From Eledone cirrhosa (taxonomy: Eukaryota): a stretch of DNA of 64,000 nucleotides. Below, piece by piece: positions 56,903 to 64,000 of the stretch. The notes below the pieces were generated by a model. That model was not told the origin of the DNA. It ran no database searches and worked only from the letters and a program-made list of their open reading frames with translations. Position numbers and translations under genes: made by a program. Each line of letters opens with the position of its first letter. Position 1 is the first letter of the stretch. Location: assembly GCA_964016885.1 (NCBI GenBank), contig OZ024743.1, positions 273,358,001 to 273,422,000 of the forward strand, in the 5' to 3' direction.

Positions 56903-58230
56903 TTAGTGAAAGAATGAAGAGTAACATGGTTGATTGTACAATAAAGGGATTTATTTCAAGTACTGATAATTGTTTCATTGATCAGGTGAGTCTAGAGGTG
57001 GCTAATCGCTTCAAGTAGATGCCTGGATTCGAGTATGGTGTACCTGTGTACTGTAAATTCAGGCAACTATACTTGGCACTACATAGTTTCCACGGCTGGG
57101 GAGTTCAAGAAAAGGTGGTACGTCCACAGACACGCCACGAAGAACCGTAGACTGGTGAACTCTACGACGCTCACCAATAAAATCTGGCAGCCTTAAAAAC
57201 AAAAACCTAGAATATAAGATTTTCTGGTCAACATTATCGGTAGCAAGGGCCTACAGCAACGGAACGTCCCACTACGGACTTCGTAATTTAGAACTACTCC
57301 ATATTTAAAGGTACGATGGGATGCTGCTTAACAGCAAACTAGAAAGATTAATTTTCTGTTGGCATAAAATAGCTACCAGATTCACAAACTTTAAACCACC
57401 ATGATTTGAACCAGCAATCCCATAATTAGAACTGAACCACCTAGATTTTAGCATATATAATACACACTATCACACTGCTATTAGCTGTCAAACTGCCAGC
57501 TCGTCACTGGATCATAAATCTCTGAATATCTCTTTCACCCTCTTTCCCTGAAACAGCATCAACCCATTAAGATAGAACAATCTATTTACAGCAACCGTTT
57601 GTCAATCCACCCCTAGCAATCCACCCCTAGCCCTTAAATCTCATACTTCGATCCCCCAATTAATCTCTAATTTATTGCTTTTTCTTTTTTCTTTTATCTG
57701 TCATTACATCAGACTTTCTACACGTATCTATGCTTATTTCGAATTTGGTTTTCCATGTTAGCACTAAACCCACCAACAAATCCTTATAAGAACACTTACT
57801 CATCACCACCACAAACATACTCTGTACTTACATGCTCTCACATTTCCTTATTTATTTCTTTATATTTTCCATTTTCTTATTTCCTTACTTTTATAAAGTA
57901 TCCTATCTTATCTTTTACGTTTTATCTTTTACTTTTTTACTTTTTACATCTGTAACTTCTCTACCTATTTACCATATATATTTTATTATTGATGTTATTG
58001 TTTTGATTGTACGCTACTCTTCTATATATATCTTGCCTCGAGTGAATTATTTTTATATCTACGTACTCTGATGTGTTGATCAGAGGTAAATAATGTATTG
58101 GAGATCGAGTGACGCAACTTCACGTGATTAGCGACCTCTAGACTCACCTGATCAATGAAACAATTGTCAGTACTTGAAATAAAGCCCCTTGTTGTACAGC
58201 CAACCATGTTACTCTTCATTCTTTCACTAT
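56903..58230 (+). mobile_element. 5'-truncated PLE (decayed GIY-YIG + 3' UTR + HHR at 58063-58173) with inverted 5' pLTR piece (56903-57016)
   Basis: From ~57032 SMVYLCTVNSGNYTWHYIVSTAGEFKKRWYVH..TLTNKIW; gtact-CTGATGT-g-ttgatcag...ctgatcaa-t-GAAA-CAATTG-TC-agtac; 56903-57016 reverse-complements ~58115-58230. Confidence 0.8.
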
Positions 58231-58457
58231 TATTACTCCAAGTATCACCTGCATAGGAATTACCGCGAACTCGCTTCATAACTATGGAAACATCATGTTG
58301 AGTCAAACAAAGCCGTACGTTAAAACTATCCAGGACGCAGAATACTCGCAACCTCTAACTGGATTACATATAACGATAACTTGTTATCCTATATATATAT
58401 ACATATATAAAAATAGTAAGAGGAGGCTGGACTTGTGTAAATCCTTGAAAGATTTAT

Positions 58458-58517
58458 AATACTACGATCATTTTAATGACCGGGTTCCGTATGAATCCGG
58501 TGATATCATCAGGTATT
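58458..58517 (-). ncRNA. Decayed type I HHR
   Basis: aatac-CTGATGA-tatcaccggattc-atacg-gaacccggtcat-tAAAA-TGATCG-TA-gtatt; perfect stem I, GAAA box mutated. Confidence 0.55.
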
Positions 58518-59284
58518 CGAAATATAACAAAGGAATATAACAGATAAAATCCATGCGGCTGAAAATCATAGACAAGAGGACGACGGACCATCTAACATCT
58601 TCTTCTTTAGTCGGTCGTCCTCAAGTGTTGGCTATCGGTCTACTTATGACCATCTTGTGAGGGGGCGAAAACTTATAATGTACTACTACCTCCCCGCAAA
58701 GAGAAAAAAAGAAGAAAGAAAGAAATAAACTTAGCGTTAAGCTCATGCTACAATCAGGCTAGAAATTGCCGCGAAAAATGTTTTTTCAAAAAACCTATAT
58801 CTTCACAGAGGCATATAGTGGGCGTCTGTATGGTATAATGTGTGAACAGAACATTGGAACGTTAAACTTATGTTTACAGTTATAGGATGAAATTAAACAA
58901 ATTAAAAAATAAAAAAAAAGTTTAAGTTTGGGTTGTGAGATTTAGTTAAAGAATTTACAGAGAGAGTCTTCAGGGTGGGATATAGAGTAAAGATTAAGCC
59001 CTTGTTTAGCAGTCAATAACAAGCGACGACTGCCGTCATAGCTTAGTCCAGAAATAGCCGTCGAAAGGGCTTGAGCTCTGCCGTCAGGGTCATGCTTTCT
59101 ACTATTACCCACTCTACTACCCTAAGTATTGAGTACTCTGGGCGTTATGGTCCGTCTGGTTCCTTACCACAACTTCTTCGTTATATATATATATATGAAG
59201 AAGAAGTTTATGAAACGGAAATGCGCAATCTCCGACGTCGGTTGACTCCATCCAATGCGACTACTTAGTAACATTGGAATACAG

Positions 59285-59332
<48 letters not shown>

Positions 59333-59567
59333 ATGAAAATACTGCATATTCGAAGTTCGAGCAGCAGTTAACACAACGAATGCTTTCAGCAGTGCAGCGA
59401 AACACTCGACAAGGTATAGATCTCAGAGTAATAACATACAGTGTAAAGGCTTTGCAAATTGAAGATAGCGACCGCTAATTCAGCTGTGTGATCTGTAGCA
59501 ACGAAAGAACTGACTAGTGAGAAAAAAAAATACATACACACACATACATACATACACACACACACAT

Positions 59568-59673
<106 letters not shown>

Positions 59674-59698
59674 ACTTGTCTATACCATACTAATTCAA

Positions 59699-59753
59699 AC
59701 TGCCCGAAGAGGTCACAGCCAAAGATGGCTGTCACTGAAATATATATAGCAGT
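59699..59753 (+). ncRNA. Type I HHR with CCGAAGA core variant
   Basis: actgc-CCGAAGA-ggtcacagcca-aaga-tggctgtcact-GAAA-TATATA-TA-gcagt, then aataaa; between microsatellites. Confidence 0.7.
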
Positions 59754-59840
59754 AATAAACGAAGCTAAATTTTAATCATTTGACTTTTATTTAACTTTAT
59801 TTTATATGTATATATATATATATATATACATATATATATG

Positions 59841-60012
59841 TAGGAACGAGTAGGACACCGACGGTTGAGCTCAAGCCGTTTCGCGGCTAATTCTGGACTA
59901 AAATTTTAGTCCAGAATTAGCCTACTCGTTCCTATTACCCACTCTACTACCCTAAGTATTGAGTACTTTGGTGCGTTATGGTCCACCTGGTTCCTTACCA
60001 CATTTCCTTCGT
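59841..60012. mobile_element. Small fold-back repeat fragment (related copy ~59040-59180)
   Basis: taggaacgagtagg..ggctaattctggactaaaa|ttttagtccagaattagcc-tactcgttccta; tail ctattacccactctactaccctaagtattgagtact shared with 59102. Confidence 0.7.
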
Positions 60013-60712
60013 TATATATATATATATAAATGTGTCTGTGTGTATACATATATATATGTATGTGTTTGCAAGAGATGTCAACATGAATGGACCTATTATT
60101 TTTATCTAAAGAAATGTTTTCCAATTTCATCACGTCCGTCCGCTTAATCTATTTTATTTCTCATTCTTTTTTCCGATGAAGGACTAGCGTCAGCGTCAGA
60201 AACTATGACACCTTCTTCCTGCTATATCAAGCGTTACCTAATATATCCCTTCTATATACTCTACCGATTGTGTTGTTATTTCTGTATACCTTTTACATAT
60301 ATATATGTGTGTATGCGGGGGGGGGGGGGGGAGTTCTGTCTGGGATCTATATACACTGGTCAAAGACACACACACACATATATATATATACACAACACCA
60401 CCACCAGCTCTCTCTCTCTCGCTTCCATTCTCCTTCTTTGTCTCCTCTCCCTCTCTCTATGTCTCTCTTTCAATCTACTCTCTCTCAACCACTATCTCTT
60501 TCTCTCTAAACTTCTCCCTCTCTCTGTTCATGAATGTTCCCAGAAACCCCATATCTCGGGAACCCGTGCTTCGTTTACGCGAAACCTGTTTTATACCATT
60601 TGTTTTCCCATTTCAGGGCAACTTCCTTTCAAAGTATTTTCCCATTATGCGCCCTTTTGGCTGTATTACATTACAGACACGTAAGCAAGCAATCACAGAG
60701 TTTTAGTAGTAT

Positions 60713-60761
<49 letters not shown>

Positions 60762-61161
60762 GATATTGTTCAGTCTTATAAAACTGTAGAACTTTGAAAT
60801 GTTACTTAAACGTTAGTACTATATAACTTTATTATCAGCAATGATATTTAATACTCCAATCTCAAAACTATAGGCTTTTTTAATCCTACTTTAACGTTAT
60901 TACTACATTGTTATCAGCAGTTATATTAAAAAGATTAGCTGCCAGTCACTATTGCATTAATTTTGATGATCGCGTCTTCATTTCTGTGCCAAACATCTAC
61001 CTGTATTCTAATATGAGCGCAGAAAATTACGGATCGGAAATATCGGAAATTAGATACTAAAACATTACATCAGAATCACAAGCTAAATGGCGTGTGTAAT
61101 ATTGAATATTTTTTTCATTGATGATAACAAGAGTATGTAATGGCATTATATCATAATTGTT

Positions 61162-61252
61162 TCTACTTTTGGCACAATGCCAGCATTTACCCAGTTCATT
61201 ACTGGTACTTTACTTTATCGACCCCGTAAGGATGAAAGTCAAAGTTAACCTC
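61162..61252 (-). mobile_element. 5'-truncated SINE copy with TSD
   Basis: Matches the 3' half of 28655-28838; atcataattgtt at 61150-61 and 61253-64. Confidence 0.75.
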
Positions 61253-63107
61253 ATCATAATTGTTCGCTTGAAGAGTATTTCCCGAACAATTTGCTTATAA
61301 CATAGCAATAATGAGCGCTGTAGTTTATGAGGTAATCTCGTGGCGAGGACTCGAAATAAATGAAACGCTTTCAATATTGATTTGGATTCAGTATCTGAAA
61401 ACAACTTTGAAAACCATGAATATTCATATGGAATCTTGGGAACACTTTACTCAAAACGACCCCATATAACATACTTTCATTAGCAAAGGTACACAATCTT
61501 TGCTGCAAAAACGTTCCATCAATGGCAATCAGTTTTAAATTTGTAAAGATTCGTCCGTGGTGTGACCCCCCCCCCAACCCCCACCAAAAAAAAAAGAAAA
61601 AACCTATACCACCTTTTGTCGTCCTGCTCCTCACAGAATCCATCAGGTCAACCAATAACGTGCATATAGAACTCGATCAATCAATTTTTAGTCGAATGGT
61701 GGTGGACAAACACACGCAAACCTATGTTAATATCTCTATAAAAGTAAACTCGCCACATTTTATATAGAATAAAATAACGTATTCCTACTAGGAGATTAAT
61801 AGTAAATATTTTCTCAATATAAGCTGGATTGGAACACAGAAACTTCAGATGAAGAATTGTATAATAAATTATTTAATCCGAGTTTCTGCTGCTTCACACT
61901 CTACGTTGCTCTTTTATTTAATGTTTATATTATTTTCAATGTAACTATTGCTAAAACACCTTTGCGATTTTCCAGCGCAATGGGGCTCTGATGTTTATAT
62001 ATTTTATCCAGGATTGGGATCATGTTGAAAATTGAATATATTTCTGATCAAATTACCGAAGATATATATCTTCCAAGTACATATATTACTTGACAATTCC
62101 CTTAACCTCTTAATCAATAGTTCTCTCATCCCTGACCCCCAACCAATCATCATATGTTGCAGGTTTCCGTGTCCTCATCTGTCACTCTAACCAAATAACA
62201 ACTAGGTTACACAGACTTAACTACTCCTTCCACGTCGTTGATCAATTCACTTCTACATAAAGAAAACTGTTCTTTACTGTATAAAGTGTCAACAATATAA
62301 TATGATCTATATTTGAGAAACTGAGAGGATACAGGCAGACCGATTTAGAGGGACTTTCCTTATTTCGTCAAAATCAACACGACCAGATCACGTCGTTGCT
62401 GTAATTTTATATCACCAATCTACCATCTCCACGTTGCATAGGAAAGAACAACGTTGTTTCTTCTACAATCAGCATATGAAAAATGAACTTGCATTTCTTT
62501 AGTAACATTGCTTCTTCGAAACTCCGACCATCGCTCTCACTTCACCTATCACACAGGAAATCCATACATCAGCATACATCATTCACAACAGCTATATACC
62601 AACGTGCACACGTACCTACACGTACAGGCATGGCAGATATGCTGTTGGTGCTGAGCATACCTTAGTTTCTATGAGGAGTGTTCCAGCTATTTTATCAATG
62701 GTACAATATTCTCATGAACTCATACGTTGCTGCGTATTTCACAGACGTGAGTAAACTTAACACATTTCTCAGGCAGTTTCAGCATGTCATAAGTGTGAAG
62801 AGGCTGCCCCACTCGTTATATCCAGATGCAACTCCTTTCTGCCAGCTATATAACATGAATCAACTGGATCAAAGTACCTTACCTAAAGATAATACGTTGC
62901 CACGTATCAAATTCATGACTTAATAATCGTTAACTTAAACACACTAACCACATTACACGTGTCTTTAACCCTGACATAAATACATGCAATGTCACACACA
63001 TTTATCTGCAAAAGCACGCGTAACGGACTTGTTTTCCATATCATTCACTTTCACATACATCAAGGGTTTTGTTTTCTCCAATTACCTCACATTATTAACT
63101 TCTCTTT

Positions 63108-63170
63108 AGATAAAATAAAGTACCTGTAATGTACTGGATAATTGCCGGCCTTGTGCCAAAAGTAGAAACA
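63108..63170 (+). mobile_element. 5'-truncated SINE copy with 17-bp TSD
   Basis: gataaaataaagtacc..gccttgtgccaaaagtagaaaca; attattaacttctcttt at 63091-107 and 63171-187. Confidence 0.8.
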
Positions 63171-63817
63171 ATTATTAACTTCTCTTTTGTTGGGAAGTAC
63201 TTTTTATATCACGTCTCTCTTTATGTTATAAAACTTTCCGTACAGAAGATGCTCTTTTATCGTCTCCCTCGTTTGGTAATCATTCTTTAGACTGTAAACT
63301 TGCGAATCCGTTCGATGAACTTCTGTCTGGCATTCATGCATGCAACTCATCGAATTAAACGGTAATATCACAACTTTGCTTTGATGGAAATTTTATAACA
63401 CCGATTTTTATTTGAGCTATATCTTAATACATTGTTATTTCTTAAATGGTTTGTGGTACCTTTTATGAAATAAATTTGGTAATCTCTGTTTAATGCATAC
63501 TTTTCATTTAAACTGTGAGTTTTTAAAAAGATATTGAGGCTGTCACCCCTAATAGATAGATCAACCACAGAGTACTCGAACGGTTAAATCAATTTATTTA
63601 GCCAACCGTACCAACATTTTGCGAATTATTATGTGTTTGATCTGGTAGCTGCCGTAGCCAGAATCTACCCTTAATCACTCTCGGTTTAAACGAAACGAAA
63701 GTGTGCATCAAACAAAGATGGCGTTAGTAGATTAGTTTCGTAGAAAGTAGCACAAACAATTTAAAACATTAAATTGTATTAGAATATAGCTGAAATAATA
63801 ATTTGACTAGGGAATAA

Positions 63818-63851
63818 TATATATATATACATGTGTGAGTGTGTGTGTGTG

Positions 63852-63935
<84 letters not shown>

Positions 63936-64000
63936 TGAGTGAGTGAGTGAGTGAGTGTGTGTACGTGTGTGTGTGAGTGAGTGAGTGAGTGAGTGAGTGT
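63818..64000. repeat. Compound (TA)/(TG)/(GA)/(GAGT)n microsatellite
   Basis: Direct inspection. Confidence 0.95.

Overview
AT-rich eukaryotic (animal) genomic DNA packed with (TA)n/(CA)n/(GA)n/(CATA)n microsatellites. The repeat style suggests a cephalopod such as Octopus, but that is inference only. I can support no host protein-coding exon; every long ORF is retroelement-derived. These are: three Penelope-like elements (PLEs; RT and/or GIY-YIG), one young with a 757-bp inverted pseudo-LTR; an R4/Dong-type RLE LINE inserted in (CATA)n; a GC-rich CRE-type LINE with a PHD finger; Tx1- and CR1-like relics; and tRNA-derived SINEs with TSDs. The main unexplained signal is RNA-structural. About 20 type I hammerhead ribozyme (HHR) motifs from many unrelated families can be read by eye, mostly in short fold-back (inverted-repeat) insertions next to (TA)n. 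There is also a 2.4-copy, apparently identical 310-bp tandem array (40883-41631) with one intact HHR per unit, which looks like a non-LTR retrozyme (circular RNA-derived mobile element). All structures were read manually; no folding or database search was run.
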